From Takakia lepidozioides (taxonomy: Eukaryota; Plantae; Bryophyta): a DNA stretch of 64,000 nucleotides. The position numbers and the translations under genes were made by a program. The stretch is from the NCBI GenBank assembly GCA_030704615.1, contig CM060733.1, forward strand, positions 46,996,001 to 47,060,000, read 5' to 3'. The first letter of the stretch is position 1. Each line of letters begins with the position of its first letter. The notes under the pieces were generated by a model. That model saw only the letters and a program-made list of their open reading frames with translations. It made no database searches and was not told where the DNA came from. Below, one piece after another: positions 12,101 through 31,311 of the stretch.

Positions 12101-15100
12101 TCATCTAAGCTCATTCGATGATACTGTGCTTCCCCAGCTGTCATAGAAATGGCTGCCCCATAGCCCTGCCTGCCTGCCCTGCAATGCTCCGCCTTACTAC
12201 AACCCAACATCAAGCCACTGCCCCAACTGGACTTATCCTCCGCCTCCACATCAGCGAGAATATCATCCCCCTCCCCCTGGTCATCAATCTTTACAATACC
12301 CATGCCAGGCCGCTTGATATGCCCATTAGACAGAGGAATCTTTTCACCATGTACTCCCTCTCTTCCCCCACTTGTCCAACATTCAGACTCCCATCTTGTC
12401 ATTTCACCATCCGATCCCCCATCAGGATCTTCACTCTCAATATCGATGCATTCGCTCTCACTTAGACTACCAGGCCACTTGGGTGACTCAGAGTCCTGCG
12501 GCTGCCTTGCCACTGAAGGCTGGTTTTGACAGGCTTCATCAGAGGGTTTTAGGCTGTCATCGACCTCCATTTCATTAATAAAAGCAGACAGCAGCCGTTG
12601 TGAGAGGGGAAAGATCTTATCAAACCACCCCCCACTCACCCCTCTCCTCCCACCCCGTCCAATTTCGTGCCTGTCTTTTAGATGGTGAAACAGCTTCGCT
12701 GCAGAGCCCCCCCCATCACTCTCTACACTCCCGTTGGCCAGACACGTGGACTTGCTGCCCATATCCGGGTTTGGGGACAGAGGTGGGGTACCACTGCTTC
12801 GTAACAAGTCCATCTGTCACAGGTCGACAACGAACCAGCAAATGTAAGTGTGCTACACTATCCACGCCAACTCCCCAATTGTGGTGAAAGGAGCCTGAGA
12901 GACACTTCATAAACAAACATATAATCTTTCAAGTTCTAAAGCCTAAAGAAAGGACCTCACTGTGCTCATAGCCTAGAAATGAAGTGGATCTAACACCCCA
13001 TGATAACACTGCCATATAGGTGACCCAATAGCCTCTCATTCAACTTCAAAGATAACTAACAGAGACAGTGAGTTACAAGCCCAATCGTACCTTAGCAGAT
13101 TGATCACTGCAAGACGGAATATGCAATACCTTGTCAGCCTCATCCAGATCTTTGGTCTGCATCAAGAGTTGTGGTGCAAAGTTATTAAGTACACTAAATT
13201 TTCCTCTCACCATAGTTGTTTTATAGTTTTCTGATGAAACAACTGACTTCAAACATGTCAGTAAGAATGGACCAGAACATTGCCATGCACCGTGCTACTC
13301 AGGCACTGTTCTGACAGATGATCCACGGCATTTACCTTTGGCCGAGTCCCAGCAGTTGTGTAGGCCCAAACTGTTGGGTGTTCTCTGGCATTGTCCTAAA
13401 CAATGGGAGAGACCTTATGACCTGAATCGCAAAAAGGAGTTCACTGACATCGATAGATGTACTCATAACCTTGTTTGCCGCAGCCTTGTGGCCATAGACC
13501 CCGCGCCCAGTTTGGGCGCGGCAGGACAAATGGCAGACACTACCTTTGTGAGGGGTGGTGCACTTTGGTGTTGGGACTTACCTTGGTATAGACATCAAGC
13601 AGAAAGAGGCCAAGCCAGAGAGACACAATGAGAGGTGAGTCATCAGGATTGTACTTGTTCGTGGAGGTAACACAGGTCGGAGGAGGTGACGTAGGCGAAG
13701 TAGGGATCAACTTGTTTCCAATAGCAACTATCCTTGCAAGCAGATGCTGCAGACACACATGTTTTACAGGAATTTAAAGAAATGCTGGGGGCAAACTTTT
13801 CAGTGGCTACCAACAAAAGAAGAATGCTCTGCATAGACCTTCAGGCAATACTACAATCAATCTTCTCTCTGCTAGAACGAACATCAATAAGGGTAAGTGT
13901 AGACCAGTGGCACCTCCTGCACCCAGTTTCATCACCTATTAGAACGTTTACACCCTAGACAACCTCAGGGCTGCTGGCTACATGAGAGTAAATGGTATAT
14001 CGTCCCAAGAACTGACAGAAGAACCACAGGGGAATGACTGACAAGGGCTGCCAGAGAGTTTCCAAAAAGTTGCTAAGGCTCATAGCTGGGCAGTGCTCCT
14101 GCATGTACAACAATCACATTGTGGCTATATAAGGAGGTATGAAAAGGTATTAAAACCCTACCGCTGGCATTTAAAGCGAGCTGAATTGCGTTTGCCAGCT
14201 CCTCCCGATCATCATCCGACTCTCCTGCAGATGCTTACACAAGCTAAGCAGAAACCCTTTTTGGTTGCGAGAAAGGGCTTTCGTAACTGATCAGATACAG
14301 GACTGGCTACTAATAGGCTCATCACTCAAGCAGGTCCCCATCAGTAAAAGTTTCAAATGCTACTTGCAGGCAGAAGGAAGATCAAGTATTGAGACTCAGT
14401 TTGACAATGTGAACCTCTTAAACAGAATTGCATGGATTGCTCAAAGTACTGTCACACTATTGACGTGAGCTATTCTATTTCCTCTTACTGGCAATAATGC
14501 CGTACTTGACTGTGACAAGTGCAACCCAAACCCACCAGTGCAACCTGCTTGAGCTTCCAATCACCTCAAACCTGGTAGAGAAACTTGCCATAGCATATCC
14601 AGCAAGATCAATGACAGTTTTCAGATTTGAAGCTCATATGCAACACACCTGAAAGCTCCCCAAGACTGTTCCCAAGTGGCCTCCTGGGCCTAGTCATAGG
14701 CTTGCGATCAACTGTATCTTTCTGCATTGATGGTCGTCCAGGCCTGCCACATAGTATTCCAACGGTCTTTGAATCTACATTGCCTTTCATGAGGCTAATC
14801 CTCATGGCGTACTTCAACCCACACAGCTCATAAAGGTCTGTAATTGTGCCATTGAAGAAGAAAGGCAAGACAGAATAAATGAGACGGTAGAGGTCTCAGA
14901 CGTAACACTGAGTTGTGATTAAGATGTTTTGAAGTCAGGAAGTAAAGAAGTCTACCTCTACACAACAGATTAGAATGGAAATAAGCTTCAATTGATATGC
15001 TGTTATCCAAGAAGGAGGACAGCCAGACATATAGAGACTAGAGAAAATTCAGCCAAATGTGCAGGCAGGCATGAAACAGTACCACCTCACCTATCAGCTT

Positions 15101-18100
15101 ATTATCTATAATGGTTCTGCCACAAGGAACTCACCTGTCAGGCTTAGTATCTACAGTGGCTCTGGAGCTTCTGAGCTGTTTAGCATTAGCCATTTTAGCT
15201 TCCACTTTCTCAGGAGGGGAGATCAAAACCGGTGCCCGGGGTGTGACAGACCCCCTTCCACTCCGCCCTTGCCGCCGGACGCCGTCCCCTCCTGTCCCCT
15301 CCTCTTTTGATACAAATCGCGACTTCTTTTCTTGCAAAACAACACTCCCCATTTTCTGGCTGGGGGTTGCCATTTTCTGCTCCCCCAACTCACTCCCTGT
15401 CTTCTTCTCCTTCTCCTTTGGCTTGTCCCCATCATCATCTGACCCCTCAGTCTCTGAAAGTCCTACTGACACAGTAAGCCGCTCAGCTCGAGCTCTGATC
15501 TGCGTTCCAGACACAGTCACTCGTTGGGCCAAACCTGATCCCCCACTGGCACCTGGAGTAGTAGTCCTAGTACCTGGGGTGGACACAGTGCCACTCCCCT
15601 CTCGGCTGGGTAGTCCCACTTCTGCTGCCTCATTCGATTCCTCCAGGGATGGAATAGAGATGCTGACAGGTGGCATCCGACGTGCCACACGTGCCACTTT
15701 CTGAGGCCTTTGGATTCCCCATTGGGCCACTGGCAGGGATGATGACCTGGATGGGGCAGGTCTCTTTCGATTACTAGGTCCAGCCGGGACTTGAGCTATG
15801 GTTGCAGCTACAACAAACGGGCGTTCCCGGGTCTCACCAGATGGAGAGGAGCGGCTCAAATGCACAGAGGAATGGGTCCCAGCAACTGAACTTGACCGAG
15901 GTGCCCGCGCAGCTTTAGATTTTGTTATTAATGGAGGGTTTACAACATGCACTTCTTGTCGAGGAGACACCCTGCATCCCAAATTGGAAAATTATAAGAG
16001 ACAACACAAATGACATGGAACTCTGGATGCTATTTCTCACAATGAAATAACCTCCCATGAACATGCAAGTACAGGAGGAAGGTTTTGGGCCTATCCCCTT
16101 TGACCAGGAACTGAAATCCACAATGTGACAATGGGGCCAAAGACTCCTCCAGTGTGATGTCCCAAAATTGTACCCACGAGAAACTAAATATGTAATGCAA
16201 TAATGCGGGACGTTACATAGAAAACTGTTTGCCACAATTCACGGGTTTTCGCATCCACCGACCACTACCGTGCAGTAAATCTACTCAAAGTGACACTCCT
16301 TAAAACTTAAGATTTAGGACACTAGAAGCTTCTCATGACAGAGAGAGGATGTGTCTCATAACAGCTGGTTGAAAGGCTAGGATACTAGGTCAACAGTCCA
16401 TGCCCCACATGTACCCATTCGAATAGTGTATGGATGATAAGGTTGTTATAGATGTTACAACAGAACATTGAGCAGATCGCTACGTATAAGCTCAAGCACA
16501 GCCTGAAATCATTCCTTATGCTGCAGAGTAGACACAGATTTGACACACAGTTTTCCTACTGAGAAGAGCATCAGGTCAGAGACACACTTGACTCCATTCT
16601 TTGAGATTGTGCGCTCCCTTTCCACGAGATTAAGACGGTCTCCCTTCTCCCCCATAGGAGTTGCATTATCAGAATCCCCTTTACTCAAACCCCGCACACT
16701 TGAACCGTTCAATTGAGCCGATATCTCTGCTTTATGTACAGAGGTGATGCCATGCACAGGTCCGGACCTGCACAGTTATAGCACCATCATACAATGATAT
16801 CCACCAAGAACACATCTCTTATTCTTGATCGTATCAATCATAAACATATGTTTACATATAATGTGAGACGATAAATAGTTGACTGATAAAAAATATTTGA
16901 ACACTCTCCAAGAAAATTTTACTTGCAATCTTCCAATCCCTAAGGTCCTCCAACCAGTGTGACAGCGTCGAAGAGAAATCACCCAGAGCAGATGTTAAGC
17001 AAAGAGAGGGAACCCAAAACAAGTTGAACACTGCGGAACACTAACGCAGCTCCCACCTAAAGCCATGACCCTCACTCGGCCGTGCGCGGCTGTCCAGACT
17101 TAACCGTTGTGCAGTCAGCTTGTGATCACGATCCCCATCAGAGACCCCATTCGCCACATTCCCAGATGCATCACTCTTGACACCCGACCGCCGCCCTTTC
17201 ATTTTTGCCTTGTCCCAACCCTCATTGCCTCCCAATGACATCCTTTCTTTGTCTTGGACGGGAGAGGCTAGAGAGCTACTTGGCCTGGATGTATCCCGCT
17301 CTCTCTCTTGCACACCAGAGGACCGCTGTACACTCAGATTGCTTGGACGGCCCTCAGGCTGGAGTTACACAAACATTTTGTATTAATATAAAACTGTGAA
17401 CTGATAGCCAGCAGAAGATGCTCCATAGGCACATCTTGACATCTCTAGACTAGGTATCAATGACCTTGCTACTGCAAGTATCCATACTGGACAAATGTAT
17501 ATAGGAATGAGTTTGAATATATGTACAAATGCCATGTAATAATCCTCAACATCCCTCACAGATCAACTGGATGATGTGTAGAAGATCATCATAACTCCCT
17601 ACAAATCAAAAGATGTTAGCTGTACCCAGTTGAGTGTTGTTATATGTGGCATGGCTAAAGGAATGGAAGAGCAGGGTAGGTTTGTTGAAAAGACGCACCC
17701 GTACATCAGCCATTGATGTGCGAACCCGCTTGTTTGGAATGACACTTTTGTTTTTATCACCTGCCTTTTGACCCGCCACGGTATCCACAGTGCTGGAATG
17801 GATGGAAGCAGCAGTTGCACTGCCTTTCACACCATGTGGCACTGCTGTTGGGCGATCAGGTGGTAAGGACGAGATTGGCCGTTCATGCACATTCACTTCG
17901 GGCCTTGAACGCTTCCTGGATTGTAACATATTCCGAAATCTATCGAGCTTTAGCAAAGCCTCATTTAGGTGCCGAACCCGATCCCTGCCGCCAACACAAA
18001 CCATCCTCCATTTCATGAGAGATGCATCTCATCAACCCTCAAAACAGCTCTCAATACCACAAAGACACCATTAGAAGACACAGTGCATGCCAATGATTAC

Positions 18101-18774
18101 CAAGGACCACCTAGCCGAGTCGATAGACATGTCTAGACTTAAAAAATTACACCACTAGATATTCTATAATCTTCAGCTTTGTCATAACGAAATAGCACGA
18201 AAGATGCCATTGGGTTGCATATATGCCTGGCATCAAAATGCTGCATGCTACTGCTGAACCAAGCACCTTTTAAGCAAATACACAAGCACGTCACATCCCT
18301 CAAGCTCATACCTCACAATTAATTAGGTTTTACTTACCTGGCTCGAGAGACATTCTCAACAAGGCTTGCCCTGACACGCTTAAGATCTTCAACTCCAAAT
18401 GTCCCCAGAGGCTTAGATTGCACAGTTCCAAGTGTAGGATCATCAGTGGGAGCATCACTTGCTGCATTGATGGCCCGTCGCAATTCTCCATGACGACCTA
18501 CTCTCGGGTCTCCTACAGATAAGGATTCCAATGATAGAAGATGTATGAGTGGCAGCTCTCCCTGAGATGCAGCCCCAACTCCACTTGGACCAGTCCCCGA
18601 ATGATTTACCCCTGCTCCTGACACCAGTACCCGGGACTCATGGCCATCTCGAAAAGTACCAGACCTGTCTAAGTTGGCACTAAAGCTTCGGTGCCCGGAT
18701 GCTCCTCCAACTCCATATGCAGTACCATCTGGATTATTTAAGGTTGTCGTCTCCAGTCTCTGTATAGCTGCCAT
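9149..18774 (-). CDS. Large multi-exon ADA3-like (SAGA complex) protein of the Arabidopsis AT2G19390/AT4G29790/AT5G22450 type
   Basis: Minus-strand exon ORFs at 18334-18807, 17606-18016, 17041-17313, 15131-15982, 11797-12813, 10068-10493 and 9149-9985. Ada3-like motifs: YWKQVDPYFAYV, PLSQRLLSAFI, SLDDRLLLELQSVGL and DDEISEELRKLQRELK. Plant-family C-terminus: KGKRSERDRD...KGERKTKTKP...LMGLDVPMDDLSELTMMM*. Exact exon boundaries were not all resolved. Confidence 0.8.
13452..13522 (-). mobile_element. Diverged copy of the same LINE-like 3'-end repeat, in an intron
   Basis: The reverse complement reads GCCCAAACTGGGCGCGGGGTCTATGGCCACAAGGCTGCGGCAAACAAGGTTATGAGTACATC, matching 3846-3912 and 26343-26410. 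Confidence 0.6.
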
Positions 18775-21087
18775 ACCTCCAGCTGAGGCACCCCGTTGGT
18801 GCCACAAACTCTTCTACTTCATCAATACTTTCTAGGTCTAAACCACATGTCCAAATGCAGACAGCACAATTGTCTCATCCTTTCGAAGACCACAATCCCC
18901 ACCAGCGTGTCAGTTTGCTCCAGCATTTTGATATGTTCCATTCCTTCTTGCAAGTTCGGATAAAACCTTCACCCTGTGCTCCTCTCCATCATTACAAAGG
19001 TCCTTACCCCCCACGCACCATAAGTACCTGGCGATCCCAGCCAGCCAGAGAATTACAGGTGAATATCTTCAGACTTTGCCTGAATGTTGCCTTCAAGAAG
19101 AGACGCAAAGAATATGGTTTGAAATTGATCACCAGCCCCGGAATTCATCAGGTACAAAGCCGACTAGAGGTAAGCGTAAACATAGAAGGTCGACTAATCC
19201 CTATAACCTCTAATAGTGATCTGCAACAGTTCTTGACAATTGTAAACTAGGTACATTGTCAACTAAGCAAATGGAAGAAATATGAGCCCAAACAGTCAAT
19301 GTGATCTTCAACTATCAGATCAAGTAAACCATTTGAAACTGTTGGAAGTACCTTCCTATCATCTTCCACACTTTACAATTCCCCACATTCACAATACTTT
19401 TTGAGTTCTCTGCAAACCGTGACAAAGTAAACAAACTCCGCCACTTCCCACACCCCCCTTGGGATTGCAGTAATTGGTGGACAAAAAATGTGTGTAGCAC
19501 TTCAATGACTCCCTCTAAAATCATTACACCATTTGATGAGACACAAAATTACTCCACTTTACAACAGTCACAAACGTGTTGAGTTAATCGACTCCAGCAA
19601 TTGACGACCAATGTTACATAGGCATACCTCATCCACCGGAAACGGATTGTATCTCATCTTCCCAGAGTGATCCTCCTTGCGTACTGTATAGCTTACAAAC
19701 GCAGTATGTAAGCAAAAAGATGGCAGTCAATGCTCCTGCCATGCCAATCCATACATTAAACAATACCCCTCGAGAAAACACCTTGCGAAGAAAAAGGCAA
19801 GTCCCTGCTATAAAGTAATGCTGACTTCCGGAATTGCAGCCTAACGGCCTCGAAATATAAAATGTCCGTACTATGTGGGGGATTGCTCCCTGTGAGAATT
19901 CATCTCCAGAAAATCGTCTTGGACGAGGTGAGGTATTAGTTGTCATCTTTGGCTGAATTTTCCGAATATGCACTGCAATGGTACAACCTTCATTGTCCCC
20001 AATGGAGGAACGCCGAATCGGTTCTGGTGGCACGCCCAACCCCCCAGGGAATCGCTGGGGTTTTACGTTGCAATAATTCCTAACTGCATTGCGGCTTCCA
20101 AATCAAGTACAGATAGCCCCGAGGGTTCACTGCAGCGGTGCCAAATTGAGTGTAAATTTCAGTGACTGCCACTCTCGGTCACTACATCAACAGCCCATTC
20201 ACAGCTCGGACTACTCCCGTCGTCATCGGAACTACCAAATTAGAAATAGGTTTAGCAGAACAAGTCGTCAGTGCCCGGGGTAGCGAGCTCTAGCATGCTA
20301 TCGGAAAAGACACTAGGAGCAGCAATTCGGAGAGGTCAAATCAATGCCATCTTACTACCCTGATTACACTAGGAAGCTCAAAATCAACTGCTGCAGCTAA
20401 ATAACACTACCTCCCCTGCTCCTTCCCCACGTCACTACTTGACTCCCCATTTCCACGTCTGATTCCTTCACATACCTGCATAGCCATATACCAACATTCT
20501 CTCCACCCCGTTTCCCCCGTGTCCCATTCAATTCCCTCCTGCTACCACTCCGACAACTTCCTGCTGCCGATCAGCCAGCACGTGCACGGCCTAGGGTTTG
20601 GAGCTCTAGGCATGCATGGTGGGGGGGCACCATGCTAGGGTTGCACTGGATGCTCACCTCCGGTCGTCTCTCTCGCAGACCGCGGTCATGCCATCGCTGC
20701 TCGCCCTTCCTTACCCTACCGTCGCACCTCCTTTTTAATATTTTGTCGCCGTATTTCATCCCTTTCCTGCACATTTCCTTGCCTCGCTCTCATTCTCTTC
20801 CCCCATGGATCACCATTCATGTCATCTGTCGGTGAGCAAAACAATTCCATCGTAACCAAAAGCGTTCACGATATAGGTATACTGTTTACTGTCATTCCAC
20901 ACACAACGTTGTACCCGAGGAATGTCTGTCATCCCACACACATCGCCAACTTTACGCCATGTGCGTCGCCATCCCCGAGATGGTCTATTTTTTTGACGAA
21001 GTCATCCGTGCAACGACGAGGCAACCAGTGGATGAAACACAGGGTTTATAGTTTATAAGCGACAAATCTAGTATGTTGGTATTGTAC

Positions 21088-21363
21088 CAGTGTTTTTATT
21101 TCTGGCGAAATTTCGCACTTTTTCGACCTCAAAAATCAAAATAGAATATTCTGTCGTAAATTCCCTATTTTCTCATGGATGAAATCGCCAAAATTCTCAA
21201 AAATCTTGAATGAATTCGCCTAATATGGATGATATAAATGGATGAAAGTACAGAGGAGGATGAGTCTGTCCAAATGTCAGTGGATGAGCAGAAAATATGG
21301 CTATTTCCTGCAAAACTCAGTAGCCACTCCTGTTCTTTTCCAAATTTGAAAAAAGAAACACTG
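21088..21363. mobile_element. hAT-type MITE (276 bp)
   Basis: Termini are CAGTGTTT...AAACACTG. The 8-bp flanking duplication is TATTGTAC (21080-21087) / TATTGTTC (21364-21371), a 7/8 match. The interior is AT-rich and non-coding. Confidence 0.7.
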
Positions 21364-21739
21364 TATTGTTCGTGAGCAACTCAGAAACTCGTTCACGATT
21401 TATAGTATCAATCACCTGTCGTATTGCTTTGTCAAGGGCCTCGAACTAGCCTCGAATTTGACATATCCGCGAAGAAGGCATTTCTAACCCCAATCTTCCC
21501 CTTCACAACATTCCTTTAATGTGTCGATAATAGACTTGCGAGTCCCATCAGAGAGGTTCATGGCTTGATTAGACAATACTCTGACCTGCCACCACAGGGA
21601 AGCAATGTAGAGAGATTGCTTACAATGAGGGAAAATAGTTGCTCTGGAACTTTTGAGTTGTAAATTAAGCTTGAAGGAGAACATGGGGGCTTTGGCTCTT
21701 TAGGCGCAGACTTCTCATGGTTCTGTGCTGCCCTTAGGT

Positions 21740-28286
<6,547 letters not shown>

Positions 28287-28786
28287 NNNNNNNNNNNNNN
28301 NNNNNNNNNNNNNNNNNNNNNNNNNNNNNNNNNNNNNNNNNNNNNNNNNNNNNNNNNNNNNNNNNNNNNNNNNNNNNNNNNNNNNNNNNNNNNNNNNNNN
28401 NNNNNNNNNNNNNNNNNNNNNNNNNNNNNNNNNNNNNNNNNNNNNNNNNNNNNNNNNNNNNNNNNNNNNNNNNNNNNNNNNNNNNNNNNNNNNNNNNNNN
28501 NNNNNNNNNNNNNNNNNNNNNNNNNNNNNNNNNNNNNNNNNNNNNNNNNNNNNNNNNNNNNNNNNNNNNNNNNNNNNNNNNNNNNNNNNNNNNNNNNNNN
28601 NNNNNNNNNNNNNNNNNNNNNNNNNNNNNNNNNNNNNNNNNNNNNNNNNNNNNNNNNNNNNNNNNNNNNNNNNNNNNNNNNNNNNNNNNNNNNNNNNNNN
28701 NNNNNNNNNNNNNNNNNNNNNNNNNNNNNNNNNNNNNNNNNNNNNNNNNNNNNNNNNNNNNNNNNNNNNNNNNNNNNNNNNNNNNN
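28287..28786. other. Assembly gap (500 N)
   Basis: Run of exactly 500 N, probably an arbitrary scaffolding spacer. Confidence 0.99.
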
Positions 28787-29105
28787 CTCGTGTTGGAAGC
28801 ACCACGGAAGTGCCCGATCCCGATATGGTCGGGTTACACAATGATCACTTCGAACATCTGCTGTCATGACAAGGGCCTACAACATCACGGTTTCCATTTC
28901 CCCCAATTGCACATGTCCTGTTTTTGTGAATATGCTATCAACCAGTTTGGGCAAGAGAGGTAAATTCATACCCTGCAAACATTTGTATTTCATATTTTTG
29001 AAGAGGATGGTTTTCGATCCCAAACGTGACAACTTCGTTCACCAGGCCACTCTAAGATTCAACGAGGTCGATGCTCTATTGCAGCGGGATACAACACATA
29101 GGTAG
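28787..29105 (+). pseudogene. C-terminal SWIM zinc-finger fragment of a third GCM-MULE transposase (element C)
   Basis: YNITVSISPNCTCPVF...FIPCKHLYFIFLKRM...FVHQATLRFNEVDALLQRD aligns with the element A C-terminus YTITIGVEPTCNCTDF...YYPCKHLYYIYLKRL...FIHAPALSVNELHKLLLRD. There is an in-frame stop just upstream. Confidence 0.8.
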
Positions 29106-29606
29106 CATCAACTATGCAATGTGGTATATGGACGACCATGCTATGAAATGTCCAATTTGCAACATTGTCATGGAAATTCAATTCAAATCAATTCGTTTGC
29201 AACATTGCCGGCGGTGCAATGATATGGCGTCCCTTATCCCTCCATTATGCTTCCAACTATATTGAGTGAGCTCTGAGTGGCAACTTTTATAAGCACATGC
29301 ATCATTGCACCGTTCGAAGTCTACATGTCTTCCTGTCGCTATGCACTGCAATCATCTTTTGAAGATTATCCTAACTCTCATTGTTATTGGGGAGGAACTC
29401 TGGTCTTCTCGTGGCAGCCTCTATGGCGCACACTTTGTGAGAATATTTTCTCGTCCTCGTAATTGTAAAAGTGAAAGAAACATTTGTAATTGCACAATGT
29501 TGGATGCTACAATTGTAGGCCTCATGGTAGTCTTGATTGTATTCAGCCAAGGATTCCCTGCATTAATCCCACGGTCATAGGACCATCCTCGGTTATAGGC
29601 GACGCA

Positions 29607-30333
29607 TGTTAGTGTTGACGTGGCTGATGACGGCGCAGTGCTACGTCATCATTTGCCGCCACATCAGCCTGCTGACATGAGACTCACGCCACGTCAGCTG
29701 GCGTGAGCGTACGCTCAGGCCACGTCACTCTTGCGTGAGCATACGCTCGCGCGCTCACGCGCAAGGCTCACGCCATTGCGTCGTTGGGTTAGAACAGCTT
29801 GTAGGTAGATAAAGCGAAGAGCGGGGACTTCTGGGGGATCACTTCTTGGATCACTTCTTAGACATCAGGGGAAAGGTCAAACGGAGGGCACGATCTTGGA
29901 GCACAGGGATGACGATTACACAGAAGAGGAGATGATGACTTGATGGAGGTTTATTTCATGCAGAGCTGTAGTGATACTGTAGGGCAGATTAGAGTCACTT
30001 TGACATTGGCCTAGTACCTGATAAATCGTAATCTGATACTTATTCGATACAAGCACACTGTGTAGAGAGACATGAGTGAAGCTGTGAAATGAATGCATGA
30101 TTAACTGGAACTAAGAAGATACTGAAGCAATCTGATGCTTCAGTATCAGATAAGGTAAATTGATAACATGAAGGCAAGAAGGAATACAAATGGGAAGCAC
30201 AACTATGATTCACTAGCTGCAGGTCATGACTGATTGTACTGAGCGGGCTGAGTGCTTAGAGATATCCAACTCTTCTATCTTGGAGTTTCCACCTCGGATA
30301 GCGAAGGGATGGGTGAGTAAAAGCCGTTCAACA
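29607..30333 (+). repeat. 5' LTR
   Basis: Starts TGTTAG (29607; alternative start TGTTGA at 29613) and ends TTCAACA directly before the PBS. 29787-30333 is near-identical to 54146-54685. Confidence 0.85.
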
Positions 30334-30921
30334 TTTGGCGACCATACTCGGGAACTGGGTCATGAACAACCAGATGTGACAGGCATCTGGTGGGATCATG
30401 GTGGTTGGAGAATTAAAGAATTTGATGTGAATCAAATTCCCTGTGAAACTGAGAAGGAAAGATTGTCCAAACGATTCTTTCAGAGGTTCTTGGAATTGCC
30501 AGACGGTTGTAAAGAAAACATTCTTAAAAGAGTGCATGATGCTGACCCTAAGTGGGGTCTGGAGAAAGGAGTGATAAAGATTTATCAGGTGGCCTGTAGA
30601 GGAAGAGCACGTTGGTTACCAACACTGGTTTATGTGATAGCATTGCTATCCATTAAGCAAGTAGAGTTTGAAGCCTGGGAGGAAAGGAAGGTGAATGTTT
30701 ATACTCATATGCATGAAGAGCTTGTACTGCTAAAGAATTGGATTCCAAAGGATATTCTGTGGATCAAACTCACACCAAGAACAACTTTCCAGACTTGTTT
30801 GTCATATGGTTATATGGTAACGGAGACTTCTAGTATAGCCAAGGGGGCATTGAAGCTTGAAAGAAACCCAGGCATATACGAGAGATATTACAGAAGAGAG
30901 TTTTGGTTATTGCCACATTAA
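30226..30921 (+). CDS. Extra 5' ORF of the retrotransposon (231 aa, unknown function)
   Basis: Open frame from an ATG in the LTR U5 region, through the PBS, upstream of gag. No motif was recognised. Confidence 0.35.
   Translation: MTDCTERAECLEISNSSILEFPPRIAKGWVSKSRSTFGDHTRELGHEQPDVTGIWWDHGGWRIKEFDVNQIPCETEKERLSKRFFQRFLELPDGCKENILKRVHDADPKWGLEKGVIKIYQVACRGRARWLPTLVYVIALLSIKQVEFEAWEERKVNVYTHMHEELVLLKNWIPKDILWIKLTPRTTFQTCLSYGYMVTETSSIAKGALKLERNPGIYERYYRREFWLLPH
30336..30353 (+). promoter_or_regulatory. Primer binding site (tRNA-Arg-like)
   Basis: TGGCGACCATACTCGGGA lies 2 nt after the LTR end. TGGCGACCA fits a tRNA ending in TGGTCGCCA; the Arg assignment is tentative. Confidence 0.7.
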
Positions 30922-31311
30922 AAGAAATGAAAGACATGGGACATGAGTGATGAAAGAGAAGCTAGACGACAGAGATATTTAGCAAAAAGAGAAAGTTATC
31001 TGAAAGCTAATTATCCATATCTTTGGGAGAGAGGAATAGACATAGGGGAATCATCCGGATCTCTCACACCATTAAGATCAGAGAGTACATCACCCATACC
31101 AGAAGAACTAGAGTTGGATGCCACTCCTTCTTTTTCTTTGCGAGAAAGATTAAGGGAATTGGTACGGGAAGAAGATCAATCACGAGGTGAAAGATCTGAG
31201 GTACATCCCTAAATAAAAGATTTGACATAAATCTTTGATAAGAGTTGGCATGGAACACCAAAAGCAGGAACTCCAGTTTCTGAAACAGAAGGTGAAGAAG
31301 GAGGAGATGAT

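Noticed and set aside
19629-20835. Short ORFs upstream of the ADA3-like gene
   Set aside because: No recognisable motifs; more likely 5' UTR, intron or promoter sequence.
29071-29265. CPIC...CRRC zinc-ribbon-like small ORF
   Set aside because: Only 64 aa, overlapping the SWIM fragment end, with no counterpart in element A; likely chance.
28787-29606. Fragment C as the missing 3' half of transposase B across a clean LTR insertion
   Set aside because: It is in the wrong orientation, the sequence next to the 5' LTR does not continue NMSIEEMA, and there is no TSD.
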